A stretch of 63,558 nt of DNA, the filler included, from Folioceros fuciformis (taxonomy: Eukaryota): the NCBI GenBank assembly GCA_049999805.1. It is 18 parts of 18 records of this genome, joined end to end, with 100 filler letters (N's around TTAATTAATTAA, not from the genome) between each part and the next. Parts side by side here need not be neighbours in the genome. Positions count along the whole stretch, not along the records: positions 11,264 to 16,594 come from JBNGIO010006744.1; positions 16,695 to 20,964 come from JBNGIO010006745.1; positions 21,065 to 22,166 come from JBNGIO010006746.1; positions 22,267 to 25,945 come from JBNGIO010006747.1; 14 more parts are not named here. One strand, written 5' to 3'. Positions within the stretch are counted from its first letter, which is position 1. The number at the start of each line of letters is the position of its first letter. Below the pieces are notes generated by a model. It ran no database searches, was not told the origin of the DNA, and saw only the letters and a program-made list of their open reading frames with translations. Below, in pieces: positions 11,264-24,193 of the stretch. The position numbers and the translations under genes were made by a program.

Positions 11264-13647
11264 GAGGTGTGCTGCACAGTCACCTGCACAGACACCAGTG
11301 GGGTAAGAGACGTCTGCTGGAATTTGTTTGACTTTGGAACCATGCAATAACATTTAAAAAAAAAGAATTTTGGTTTCTGACCGGCAATGTATCTGACAGG
11401 GACATGCCCACCCGGGCTGTGGCGTCTGCTGCCTGTGAGTCCAGACAACAAGCCGACGTCAGGCGTACAGATCAAACAAAACTTGGAGAAAAACTGGTTG
11501 TGGGCAGGGCGGGGCCGGCGAAACAGACCTGCTTATTCCAATCGGTGAAGATGGTGATGAGAAGCAAGGAAATGGTCTGCGTGGCAATCCCGCCGAGCAT
11601 CCCCATCCACAGCCCCTGCATCAACACGATAAGGCCACATGAAGCAAACCACGAATAGAGTCGTGGCGCTGGCGCAGGCACAGGAATTGATGGCCCATGG
11701 AAGTGGGATTGAAAGTGTGGTGGTGGACACTTGGCTTACCCTTCCGTTTAGATGATACACAAACGCCAAGGTGATGGCAACAGGCAGGCCCACGATGTAG
11801 TAGGCCCCCAGATTCGCAAACGCTCCGAATGCCTGCCAGCCGCATCCCCTAGCCACACCTGCAGCCCCAGGGCACACCATGAGGTCCAGTCCAGTCCAGT
11901 CCAGTCCGACTCCTGGATCAGCACCAGAGGGAAGGGAAAGCACAGAATTGCGGAAGGGCGGCCAGCACCTGAACACACAGCCTGGATGCCATCCATGAGG
12001 GTCAAGACTGACAGAAACGGCATCATTGAGCCTACATAGGCTGCCACCTCCTCCTCGTTGCTGAAAGCCCAGCCCCACGCATTGCGAATCGAGAAGAGAG
12101 TGGTGGAAATTGTGATTGCACTTGCGCCAGCCAGCATCAGGGATATGACTACTGCAAACTTGGCTGCAATTGGACGTCCCGCTCCCAATTCGTTAGAGAT
12201 TCGCGTGCTGCACAAGGAGAGAGAGAGAGAGGGAGTGGGGACGGGGAGCCAGAATTTCCAAGCAACAGTCTGCACAGCCCGCAGCAACTCGTCTCGTCGC
12301 GTCTCACCTGGCGGCTGTGCTGAGGCCATACGGAATCATATATGCCAGAGAAATAGTGTTCAAGCTGCCAGAGAGACAAACGAGGAATTAGTCTAGTCAC
12401 AGTATCATCACGATGCTGTCAAAAGGCGAGGCGAGGCGAGGCGATGCTGTGCAAAGGAGCAACCATATGGACAGCGCAGACAGCTCCAGCTGGGGATTTG
12501 GCAAAAGTCCTGATAGAATCACCAAAAGCTCAAAAGACCACCATTCCAGGCTGCAACATCCATGTGGAACAACACTTGTTAGAGCAAGGAAATTTTTGAA
12601 CTGCAAGCAAGGTGCGTGACGGAGAGGACTGCATCCGTAAATGTACAATGCCACTGACAGCACATAACTACCCACCAGACCATTACGGCCGAAGGTACAG
12701 CCAGCTTGAAGAATCCGGTGAAGTCATGCAACGCATCTCTGGAAAGTCCAGTCCACGTCTTCTTGCATGCTGGTGCAAATTTGATGTAGGCGGCGATGAG
12801 GAGAGCATTGAGCCAGGCGGAAATGCAGGAGGCCAAAGCTGCCCCGCGGAAGCCCACACCCAGCTTGAAAATCAAAAGCCAGCAGAGGGGGACGTGTACG
12901 ACCATGGTGATCACCACGGTGAACAGCATGGGAACGATTTCGCTCTGAGTCTGGAGGAACTTCTGCATGGGCTGAAGCACCGCCCAGGCGTACAAAATGG
13001 GTATGAGCCATCGGGCGTACTCCGCCGCCTTGTCAGAGATCTGCGCATCCTGCCCCGCCAATCTGAGCAGCGAGCCCATGTTCCACCAAAGCAGCGTAAC
13101 AACCAGCGCCGTGGCCAAGAGAACCACTATCCCCCTCTGCATAAACACTCCCAGCATCCGGTACTGCTTGGCCCCGTACGCCTGCCCGCACAGAGTCTCT
13201 AACCCGCTCCCCAGCCCAATCTGCAATTCGAGCAAGCATAAATCACACACCTTCCACCTCCCCTCTCCCCGGACCCGAGCTGCGCAAGAAGAAGCTGGTG
13301 AGTGGCATTGCATTCTGGTGGTGCACCAGTCGTACCATGATGCTGAATCCTGAGACGTTGCCGAAGGACGTAGCAATGGAGGCGCTGGCAAGCGACAGCT
13401 CATCCAGGTGACCCACAAACATGACGGACACGGTAGTCAGAGAAAACTGGAACACGTTCACTCCGATCATCGGAGCCGCCATGGCCAGCTGCTTCTTCAC
13501 CTCCAGCCACACAGACGATCGGCAGGAGGAGGGGGCCTCAGGGGAAGGGGAAGGCCAACCCGAATCCGAAGCCGAAGGCGTAACCACCACTTCTCTTCCC
13601 TCCCTCTCCTCCAGGAGCAGCAGCGGCTCCGTCACCGAATCCGCCAT
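11264..13647 (-). CDS. MATE/DTX family efflux transporter, multi-exon; extreme 3' end probably in gap
   Basis: ATG 13647; motifs [82 protein letters not shown] introns join the exons in frame. Confidence 0.95.
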
Positions 13648-14517
13648 CTCGCGATTCAGACACAAAATCAGCAACAAATTTGTTGGGGTGTGGCCTCATC
13701 CAGGGCTGGGCTGGCTCTGGCCTGAGGGAAGCTGCAGCTGCAGCAACAGCAGAGACGCTAGAGGCTTGGGACAAACATGAACAGTGGGCTCCGAGCTCCG
13801 CACGTTCTCCGCTCCGAGATGCGGGAGGGGAGCTTAGAGCGGGAGGCGGGAGGCGGAGGCGGGACGCAAAAAGACAATTCCCCACTTGCGTATCTGGAAA
13901 TTCTAGGCTGTACTTACTGCGTTGGAGGACCTGCACTTGCCGAGATGGACACCAAACTGAGATATGTACATACACAATTTAATTTTGAGACATTATTATA
14001 AAGCACACGTCGACTCCCATCTGCATGTACGCCCTTCAACAAACCAACCAATCATACTACACAGCAATTGAGATATGTACACTTCTACATACAGATACAT
14101 ACAATTAATTTAATTGTACCTCCACCGGAATTTAATTGCTTCAGGTAAAGGTAAGATAATCGTAAGCCCTGTATCCAGGAAGCGAAGGGCCTGCTCCTGC
14201 TGCCGGATCTCGGGTTTCTCGCATTCTGGCACCAAGCCGGGATACCAGGAAATGACTCACTTTTTATCAGCCACAGAGCTCCGCCTCTGTTGCCACGTGT
14301 CGTGGTGTTTTGCTGCTTAACGTGGCTCTCGCCAGGTGGCCCCCTGCCACTGCCAAATCGCCGCAGTTGTGAGCTACCCTGCCAGGTGCTGTCTTCTGCT
14401 GCTAGGGCAGCGGGCTACTTGCCCTTCATCCCAAGGCGGGCGAGCGGGCGGGCGAGCGGGCGGGCGAGCGGGCGAGCGGGCGAGCGGGCGGGCGCGGGAC
14501 GAAGACGGGCAATAGAC

Positions 14518-15910
14518 ATGGATTACTCCGTAGCTGGGATGAACTTTACTTGCCTGGTCGAGTCGGCCCTGGATGCGCGTATTCCTCACAAGGACTGTGC
14601 GCTGCCTCTCATTTCCAAGCTCCTAGGCTACGCCATTATAGTGGCGTCCACCATTGTGAAGCTGCCACAGGTGTGTTGTTAGCCGTTTGTTGCGTCTGGA
14701 TTCTCGGTTTCGATACTTCGTCTCTCACGGCACCCGTGCATTGCAGATTCTGATTATCTTGAGGAATAAAAGCATCAAGGGATTGAGCGTCTCGTCCTTT
14801 GAGTTGGAAGTCGTTGGTTTCACTATTGCATTGGCCTACTGTATTTTCAAGCAGCTGCCTTTCTCGGTGTATGGGGAATTGTTCTTTCTTCTCCTTCAGG
14901 GTACACGCTGCTTCTATCGTGTTATCGCCTTCCTTCTGCCCAGGCTGTATTGTCTTGTCTCCTTCTCACAGTCCACCCTTGTTTTTCTTGCAGCAATTGT
15001 TCTCATGTCCCTCATTTACTACTTTTCTCCATCGCTTGGAGTTTTGGTGTGGATCAAGTCAGCTATGTATCCTATGTTTGTCAGCTGCAATTCCTCTCTA
15101 ACTGGGTTCATGTGTCTTCCCCATAGCAGTTACATGTCTGATTCTTAACGATTTACTAGATACTGTGCCTTGGCACCATCTCTTTTGGCTGGTAGATTCG
15201 ATCCTGTCGTTTATGAGACGCTTTATGTCAGTGCTTTCCTACTTTTGTACCTCCTTTTTTGTTTGACTTCTGTGCTACCCTTAGCTCATCACAGCGCCCG
15301 TGGATGAAATCATAATGCTTCCTGCCGTCCCACTGTGAACAGGCCTCCCAACATGCAATCTTTTTCTTCTCCAGGCTGCCTCAAATTTATTCCAACTTCC
15401 AGGTATCCAGCTCTCCTCTCTTCCAACCTACGCGGATTCCGCAGCGTCTTACAACACTCTGCTTCTTCTGTCTGTCAGAGCAAAAGCACAGGGCAGCTAA
15501 GCTTCTCAACCAATTTCATGAGCTTCGCTGGTTGTGTCGGTAAGCATTTCTGCTATTACGACCTCATTCCTCGTGTAAAAGCTCCCTTTTCTATCTCTCT
15601 GTACTCACTTGGCTAAGCAAAACTGACTGCCGCCTTTCTATGCAGTTCGGCTCTTCACGAGTGTACAGGAGGGTGCTCCTTCCAGCAGTATCCTGGACGG
15701 CACTCGCTTATTTATGTTTTGTTTTTGTTTTGCTTTTTAACCAATTACAGCTTGTTGAGGCATTTCTGATGAGATTAAATTGCAGGCTTTCCTTGATACA
15801 CGGCAGTGATATTGGGAAGCCTCTTGGGCTTCGTCACCAACGGCACCGTTGTACTTCAAATTGTGGCATACGGAAATAGGGTGAAGGATTCTAAAGAGAA
15901 ACGAGCATAA
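14518..15910 (+). CDS. MPDU1: Mannose-P-dolichol utilization defect 1 homolog (PQ-loop protein), 8 exons
   Basis: Two PQ motifs (IVKLPQ|IL, SRLPQIY), plus STGQLSF and RLFTSVQE; ends KDSKEKRA* at 15910; introns 15067-15159 and 15688-15806 carry U12-type signals. Confidence 0.93.
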
Positions 15911-16041
15911 TTCAGCAACAGGTAGGTTCATAGGTACTGTACTGTAGTAGGCAGGGGTAGTGGGTATAGCAGAATCAGTAATTTGAGATTCACATCGTCA
16001 AATCCGGCGCCGCTGATATGTTGTGCCCTGTAATTTTTTTA

Positions 16042-16534
16042 TCAAGTCTCGAACTTTGCGTGTGCAAAGTCCCCAAAGTCATCCGAATACACGTCATCAG
16101 GAGACTTATGCAGGGGTTTTACGCTGGGCCTCTGGCCAGCACTGAATCGCGGGGGCTGTACGCTTGCCGGCTGAGAAGGAGAAGGCAGGGAATTGGTACT
16201 GGGTGGTCCAGACAGGGAGAAGAGATCTGGCATTGGGAGAGCACGCTTCCCACCTGTGTCGGGTGCTGGGCTGGATGGTGCACTATCATATTGGCCTAAG
16301 CTAACAACACTGCTTCTTCTGGAAACGGACTCGACCAGCCTATCTCCTACGTTCTTCTCACCGTTACCTGTCAAGAGATCCTGGAAATCCACAGCTCTGT
16401 CTCTGCCAGAACTAGATCCGGCACCGGCGTTGAGCGACGCTCGAATTCCCGGCAGGAGCATCTCCATATTCTGAGATTGGAGGGACGGCCTCTTCACTGA
16501 CAGCCTCGGCCGCCTTGGCATGTACTCTGGAGCC
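16042..16534 (-). CDS. Last exon of an unidentified gene (disordered C-terminus ending DDFGDFAHAKFET*)
   Basis: Acceptor TTCTTGTAG followed by an open frame to the stop at 16042; the rest of the gene is beyond the gap. Confidence 0.55.
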
Positions 16535-17090
16535 TACAAGAAATTTGCACGACTCCACAGTAAGTGTTTGCGGAGCGTTCGCCTAGTCTACCCCNNNNNN
16601 NNNNNNNNNNNNNNNNNNNNNNNNNNNNNNNNNNNNNNTTAATTAATTAANNNNNNNNNNNNNNNNNNNNNNNNNNNNNNNNNNNNNNNNNNNNGCCCTC
16701 TTCTGTGAGGCACTTGTGTGATTTGTTTCACAAATGTCCGATCACGACGCTCGGCTCGCATGCGGTGACGGTCGCATTTTTGCGATCGTCTACCGCTGCC
16801 TCTGCCTCTTCTTCTAACTAAGTCACAGGCCAACGGATTCCGCAATTTCTGCTACGCTTTTCAACCACGCTCCACATCATCCATCCAGGTTGGTTTCCCG
16901 AGCTCTGTAGCCTCTGCAAAGTAACTGCATTTCGCGCCTCCCGTTAATGCGCGTGTTTGAAAGCCGTAGATTGAGGGAAGTTCCTTCCTTGACTGCAGGC
17001 AGAAGAAGCAAGAGGAAGTGCAGCTTCTTTCCAAATTTGTCATCACCGATCCAGTGAAGTGAACAGAGAAAAAAGAATCAGGCAACCAAC

Positions 17091-17408
17091 ATGGGCGAGG
17101 TTGACAAATTGAGTCTGCTATCGGGATCGAGAAACGCCAAGTCTCATGAGCAAGGCGCTGATGTCTTCAACGAGAAGCAAACCCGCGATGTTGTGACTAA
17201 AGGCTCTGCAACGGCGAGGAGGAGCTCGGTAACCAAGGCTGCCAGCCCAGCGATGCTGGGACGCCGCTTTGTGATGCCAGCAGGCAAGAGAGGGCAGGTT
17301 AAGGCGGCTGTGTATAGGTCGGTTTTCAAGGGAGCGCAATTGCTTCTCACCGGCACGGTGGAAGGACTACGCACCCTCTTCGATCCTCAGGCTGGACGCA
17401 GTACATGA
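17091..17408 (+). CDS. Small hypothetical plant protein with a KRGQVK motif
   Basis: ATG in good context (CAACATGG), 105 aa; MPAGKRGQVKAAVYRSVF resembles the PPxRGQIKxKIF motif of small uncharacterised plant proteins (recalled, not searched). Confidence 0.45.
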   Translation: MGEVDKLSLLSGSRNAKSHEQGADVFNEKQTRDVVTKGSATARRSSVTKAASPAMLGRRFVMPAGKRGQVKAAVYRSVFKGAQLLLTGTVEGLRTLFDPQAGRST

Positions 17409-19094
17409 GCTGCCCGTGGCTCTGAGTCGTGATCCTTTGAGCGATTTTCTCACTTTGTTGTCTGCAGCAGTTGCGGCAGTCGGATTCCCTGTTCGTTCGT
17501 CAAAGGGAGGGAAAGTTGACGAGTACACTTGACTTTCCTGCTGTGAGGCTTGGACAGGAACATGAAGACTCTCACTTTTGGTGACATCAGCAAGGAAGGG
17601 AAGGACGATCACCTAGGTGATGGGCCATCTAAAATACTCACTCACTTGGGTGCTTCAAATTTCCAACGACCTTGTGCGTGTAGCAGGCAAAGTTAATTCC
17701 TAAATGATCCGATGGCTCGATAGGAGAGAGTGAACCTGCTTATGTTGCTGTAACTTTATTTCAATAAGTTTTTATATTGTAAGTTAAATGCTTTTTGTTA
17801 CTTGGCTACTGCCATGTTTGGTTACGGAGCGGACGGCGGGGTGAAATGCGAAGGGAAAAGGGAGTGGCATGGTCTCCGCGCCTTCGACTTAGGGTTCAGG
17901 GTTGAAAACCTGTAAGAATGTCCTCTAGTTCGCCCGGGGATGAACGAAAGTGTAGATTAAAGCTTGGTGTCAATGTGGTTAAGGGCTATCTTATTTGTGT
18001 TGGGTTTTCTCCTGAACGGTTTAATCAGTTTGCCTGCAATCGGATGGTGATTTGCAATCTCCTTCTTGCTTTCGCAGTTGGCTTTTGTTTGCTCAAAGAT
18101 AGTACAGCGGGCGTTCAAACCAGTAAAATGCACATACACATGATATCTGAATAACACGCGACAGAGTCATCAGCGGGACGTTGGGAGGCCGACCAGCCAT
18201 GAACTTCACATTTCAATCGTGATTCCCATCAAACATGTGTGTGAATTTGGTGGACCCTTTGCGTGTGCCATAACGTGTGCCATTGAGCGCCCCGAGACGA
18301 GGTCTCCTCACGATTCCATTGTCCTCATCTGTTGACTGGGGTCCCGGTCATGCAGAGAGCGGAGCACTTGGCTATGGACGGGCTGTGAATAGAAACTTGC
18401 TTTGTCACCTGCCTGCTACACTATGCTCCGTGGTCCCACATTACCATATATACTGGGCCAGGATGATGACACTATACAAGCAATATCACGAGACATAATG
18501 CCCATATCTGAGCCACGACGACGATATAGCTATTCCCCTAACCGACGTTGCACATACTCCGCCTCTGATTCGCTAGACCTCAGCCTGGCAGTCGCAGCAG
18601 CCGCGGGTAAGGTCGTTCGAACATTGCCCTCTACTTCCATTTCATCGTGACACGGATGTCCGAGCAACAAACCCTTAAAAAGTTTGAACGCACAAAGATT
18701 ACTATATTCTTCAGCAGAATGAGGGTGCCCCAAACGACGGTCCGACCGGGATTTGCCCAGCAAGACGTCGCCTCTGCAACCAAACAGCCGTTGATTCACC
18801 ATCCATCATCAACTCTCGTTCGCTCTAGTTCAGGCAGAAAGGCAGCAGCAAGACATAATCGTGTGCACCCAGCCTAAGCTGGACAAATTATAGACAATAG
18901 GACGCACTGAACCATCATGTCCTTGTGGCACGGAACAAGGCTGCAGCAGTGGAAAAGGATGTCAATGCCAACACGACCTAAGCAGTTTGAAAGGCAGAGG
19001 GAACTTACAGCCACAACTGTGTGACGTATAGGGTGCCCAAGTTTCCGGTAAACAGCTCCAGTTTAACCCCCCTTACTTCACACTTCGATCAAGA

Positions 19095-20964
19095 CTAGCT
19101 TCCCACCACAGGGAGAGAGACCTGTGCTGGACTATGTTTTTGCCTGCTTACACATTCACAAGAGAACTGTTACGCTAGAACACATATGACTGACTGAACG
19201 ATGAATTAGAGGTACGACTCGCACAAAAGATACCCACCTTGGCTAACTTTCACAAGGAGAAAGGGAGGGGCAATACTGTACCAGAACGAGTCTTTCTTCT
19301 CCTGAGCCAATAATTCCTCGAACGAGATATCATTGTTGTCTGGCTTTTGCTTCTCCACCAGCCTGCCCGTACTGTGCATTTCAAAATGCGTACGCCCATA
19401 TTCCAACATCTAGCCATCCGAACACACGTATCAGTATCACTGAAAGGAACATTCTTCAACAGCTTCACGCTTGAAGAAATATGCACAGACCACACCTTCT
19501 GATATGCAGGTGACAACTTCAGTTGCTCCTGCAACCGATTATACACGATGGTATCCTCCTCCAGTTTTTTCTGTTCGATTTCTAGTCCATAAATCTGCAC
19601 AAAGCGTATGTCGTGTTAGCCAAGAGATGATGCAAGGCGCCTAGAATGCACTAGTATCCACATACGAGGAACTACCCAAGAGAAAAAACTGGTGAAAGAC
19701 CTCAGAGATTACCTGCCCACATAGCCGATCAAAAGATGACTTGTCAGCTTTGGCCAGCAAAGACTTCGCTATGGTGAACCGCCGTTGGATTGTCTCTGAC
19801 CTGCAATTGCCATTGCCATCGCAAAGCCTCTACGGAGCTCAGGAGACAAGCCCACAGATAAAACCGTAGCACACTACTCAAGAAATTACAGAAACACCAT
19901 ACTTTTGTTGGAGGGCCGTTTTTGCTTCAACTAAGCATGTCGTGAACCGCCCGACCTACGTGACAGTTGTGAAAGCCTCTGTCAACATTCACGTCCACAA
20001 GTAGCAAGCCTATAGAAAAATCGATGAACACAAATTTGGCAGGGGGGGGGCCTCAGACCACACACTTCTACAACCAATCCAGTCAGCCTATCTGTACACT
20101 CGGACTTTTTAACAACACCACAGGGAAGGATCCCAGTCACCTGTGCAAGAGTCAAGGTTCGTCCAGCATTCGACCGAACAAGTTCATCATATTGCTCTTT
20201 AATTTTCCGTTGCACCATACTGCCAGAGGAGGTAAAAGGATAGGGACAACTAATGGTATGTGCACCCCCTTTGACTGTTCTGCAGCTGCATCCAACCTCT
20301 ATTTCCGCTAGCGCTCGCACATGCTCTGCTGTAAGCTTCTCGATCACTTTCCTCTCAATCTCTGCTGCAGCCGCTGCCAATGCATTTGCTGACTTGGCCT
20401 TCTGCCTTCGTCCCCTATTCTTCTTCTTCTTCCTTTCCCTTCTTTTTGCATCCAAATCATCATCCTCCTCTCCTCCTTTATCCAGCAACGCGATGTGATC
20501 ATCCGATTCTTCATTTCCACGTTCTGAACCACTTCCCTCCTCAGAGGCATTCAATACGAGTTTCACAGCATTATTACCTGCAGGGATCGTAGCTGACGCA
20601 ACATCGTGACCAGAAATCACAGAAGTTTGTTCTGCAGTTATCTTGCTCACATTCCCTTGTATGGAATCCAAATTAAGCGCAGCTAGAGCAGCTGCAAAGT
20701 CTGCAGAATCAGGCTTGGGAGGATCCTTCCCTGGCTTCACATCGGCAACTGAGACCGGAGGCAGTATTCTGAGAGATCCCAACCCGTCAGAAGCCACATC
20801 AAATGACGAAAGTTGCTCATCCCCCGATGTAGGCGTCGAAGTCCCTTCTCCAAGCCCCGGCAACATAAGCGCTGTCTCCTGGGGACCCATCCCGACTGTC
20901 ACTACAGGCAGCCAACCAGAGCCCTGAGCTCCTTCAGCCGACACAGTCTGGCAGGCATCGGCAC
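19095..20964 (-). CDS. Conserved uncharacterised plant coiled-coil protein; possible start MAEGGEQY at 21088 across the gap
   Basis: Exon chain YPFTSSGSMVQRKIKEQYDELV...|SETIQRRFTIAKSLL...SFDRL|IYGLEIEQKKLEED...LKLSPAYQK|...DISFEELLAQEKKDSFW|QKHS...* joined by GT-AG introns. Confidence 0.8.
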
Positions 20965-22266
20965 NNNNNNNNNNNNNNNNNNNNNNNNNNNNNNNNNNNN
21001 NNNNNNNNTTAATTAATTAANNNNNNNNNNNNNNNNNNNNNNNNNNNNNNNNNNNNNNNNNNNNGTACTGCTCCCCTCCTTCCGCCATAGCCAACCTCCC
21101 TTCCTCCCCACTCTCCCTGTCCTCACACAAGTCTTGTCGACAGATTACCGGCACACCAAAATGCCGCAACAGAGCTAAACCACGTCAGTGTCCTCCAGAT
21201 CCGCTACAAGGAAGCCATCCCGCTCCACCAGCATCGCCATCGCCGCCCTCCTCGCTCTTCTCTCCTTGGCCTCCTGTTTCATCATCTCAAGCCGAAGCCG
21301 CCGCAAGAACGCGATGCTCTAGACTGCACTACACTAAACAACCATACCCCGAGCTCACTTCCCTTCCCCTGCCTACCCCTCTCACGGCCGATCGCCAAAA
21401 AGGGCAAGCATCCACAGCAGAGCGAGCCCACCCAAGCGCACACACACACAAACCAGCGGGATTGCCCGAACGCAAGGCCGCTCGCTGTTAGGTGACGACT
21501 CGGGCACGAAAGTTGCCTTTTCTGTGACAAGCGGGGACGCACCGGGCTAGGCCGGGCCGGGCGCGGCGGGGAAGAGACGGAAGGCTCGCAAGTGCGGGCC
21601 CGCCCGCCGCGCAGCCGGGTCCACCTGGCCATCTTTTCATCGTCACGTTTCACTACCCACTCCCCCCTGGCGTACATGACTCCAATTGTCGCCTTCCACA
21701 CGTTACACATGTATTTTCCTGAACCATCCTGTGGGCTCCCGGTGCGATGGGAACTCGCGCCTCCACATCTCCGTTACGTTAGGTGGAGAACGAGAGCGCA
21801 TCCCATCCAATCCACGATCCCATTCCCATCCCATGGTATTATCCCCAGTCCTGTCCTGTCCCGTCCCGTCTCGTCTCGTCTCGTCGCGTCGCGTCGCGTC
21901 TCGTCGCCTCGCCGCGCCGTTGCAGGTGGAGTGAAGTTGGTCCGTACCGGCGAGCGTCTTCTCCTCCGTCCCGGTCGGTGCAACGTGGAGATGTTCAACA
22001 ATTGCTGGCTGGCTGCCGACTGTGCGGGCCGTGGCCCACGTGCCAGCAGCCCCAGACCGTGAACCGCAATTCAGTTCAGTTTAGTTTAGTTTAGTCTACT
22101 TTTACTTAACCCACCCAGGCCGTACGGTACTGCAAGGGTAGGTGACTGCGGACCGCGAGGCAGGCGNNNNNNNNNNNNNNNNNNNNNNNNNNNNNNNNNN
22201 NNNNNNNNNNTTAATTAATTAANNNNNNNNNNNNNNNNNNNNNNNNNNNNNNNNNNNNNNNNNNNN

Positions 22267-22525
22267 AAAAGGAAATGAAACATAGGAAATTGGATTCACT
22301 AGAACATAGAAAATTGGACTCGTGAACACTAAAAACCCTAAAAGAAAATGAAACAAAGAAAATTTGATTCACGAACCCAGAACTCTAAAAGAAAATGCAA
22401 TACAGAAAATTCGATTCACGAATCCAGAACCCTACAAGAAAAGAAAATGGAACACAGAAAATTCGATTCAAGAACCTAGAACTCTAAAAGAAAATGGAAC
22501 ACATAAAATTCGATTCGTGAACCCA
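22267..22525. repeat. Degenerate ~46-bp tandem repeat (AAAAGAAAATGGAACACAGAAAATTCGATTCACGAACCCAGAACTCT-like)
   Basis: About five to six copies visible. Confidence 0.8.
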
Positions 22526-22674
22526 ATTGCTCCTTTCTTTGGTGGTACCCTTCTTTGGACAACTTGTCTTCATTGCCCTAGCTTGGGCCAACATAGTTTA
22601 TACCATAGCAACAAGCATGGGTGTAAAGGCTTCATCGACATTAGTGGCAAGTAGGGCCTTCGTCATTTCATAGC

Positions 22675-23100
22675 AGCAAGTGCGGGTCTTAAGACTCTCT
22701 AAGTGACAAGTTCGGGTCTCAAGGCTCTATGGGCCAGAAGTGTAGGTCTCAAGACTCTATGACGATAAGTATGGGTCTCAAGGCTCTACCAACACTAGCA
22801 AATAGGCCCTTATTCATTTCACATGATGACATTGTGGGAGTAGTAGAAGTGGTTTGTAGTTATGGTAGTGGAATTCTTGGGTACTAGTCCCCTTTTGGCA
22901 TTCAATTGGCACTAGCAAGTAGGCCCTTCTTCGAAAACATTGTGGGAGTGGTAGGTAGTTATGCTAGTGGAATTTGAGGGTACTAGTCCCTTGTTGTTCA
23001 TCAACCATCTTATGGTTTGGAGGAGTCCTCATAGCTTTGAGGTTGTTTTGGGTCATCAACCATCTTATGGTTGTTTGGAGGAGTCCTCATAGCTTTGAGT
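22675..23100. repeat. Cluster of short local duplications (~30-bp x4; ~45-65-bp x2), probably a decayed transposon
   Basis: GGTCT(C/T)AAG(A/G)CTCT repeated four times at 22680-22790; CATCAACCATCTTATGGTT...CATAGCTTTGAG twice at 22998-23100. Confidence 0.65.
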
Positions 23101-24193
23101 TGTTTTGAGTCCTCATTAGTAGATGCGATCTTCAATCCCTTTTTTGTAAAATATATATCCTTGCAAAGATTGATGAGTATGATGATCTTTTTTCATGGCA
23201 TTTCTTTGGATAGTAGAAATTTAGGTTCACTTTGCCTACCATTCCTTCTTGTACCAAATGTCTAACTATATAGTCAATGTCATAAGGTGTACCTTTTGTC
23301 CCTAGTATCTTAAGACTAGGTGAGGCCTACTATAGGAAAATAGTATTTAAAAGCTTACTCCTTACCTTTGCTGGTTACAGTAAGAGACCCACAATTTGTC
23401 CATATTGTCCATACAAGACAAGCTGCAGCTACTAACTCTCCTCTATCAACTTATCCTTCGTAATGACCTTTTCTAAAAATCCTTCTAAGTGGATGGCCTG
23501 GAACCAACAAAACAAATTTTAACACATTAGTTTTCATCTACTAGATATTGGAAAAGTAAGCTCCACAATGACATTAAAGATGGGAGGTGTATCACCAACA
23601 GAGAGCTCCCTAATTAAGATTAGTTCCTAGTTAAGGCCATGGCTTGCTCTGCTCTCAAAGGGAGCTCCCTAATTAAGATTAGTTCCTAGTTAAGGCCATG
23701 GCTTGCTCTGCTCTCCCTTTGAGAGCTCCATGAACGATCGAAAGGATACGAGAACGTCCGAGGCCCACTGCTATCAGGAATAAGGTCGAGATACTCCGAC
23801 ATTTCTTTGACGAAACAGTATAGGAAGCATAGGAAATGCATGTCTCTCAACAGGTAGCCAGGGGCAGCCTGGACTGAGAAACCAACCACTCCTCCTGTTT
23901 GTCAAGCTACGAAGCGACAGGCACGGTGTTTCTTATCCGTCAACCCCATAAGTTGGGACAATTTGCAACGTCCAGTCCATGGTTTCCAACAGGAAATTCC
24001 TATGCCCTCCCCCACACACAGTGCAAACGAGCAATTATCTACCTTCCCATAGACAAACTTTATGGGTCCAAACCTAAGTGAAAGCTTACATCTACAGAAG
24101 TTAGCGTACAGTAAGTCACAGGCTATCCTACGCAACAAGAGAAGTCCTAGCTGCAAAATTTGGCGATCACAACATCCTGATATTCCGCTCCGT

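Noticed and set aside
15403-15478. Third MPDU1 intron starting GTATCC
   Set aside because: Continues AG rather than TT, follows CAG, and lacks a U12 branch motif; probably U2-type.
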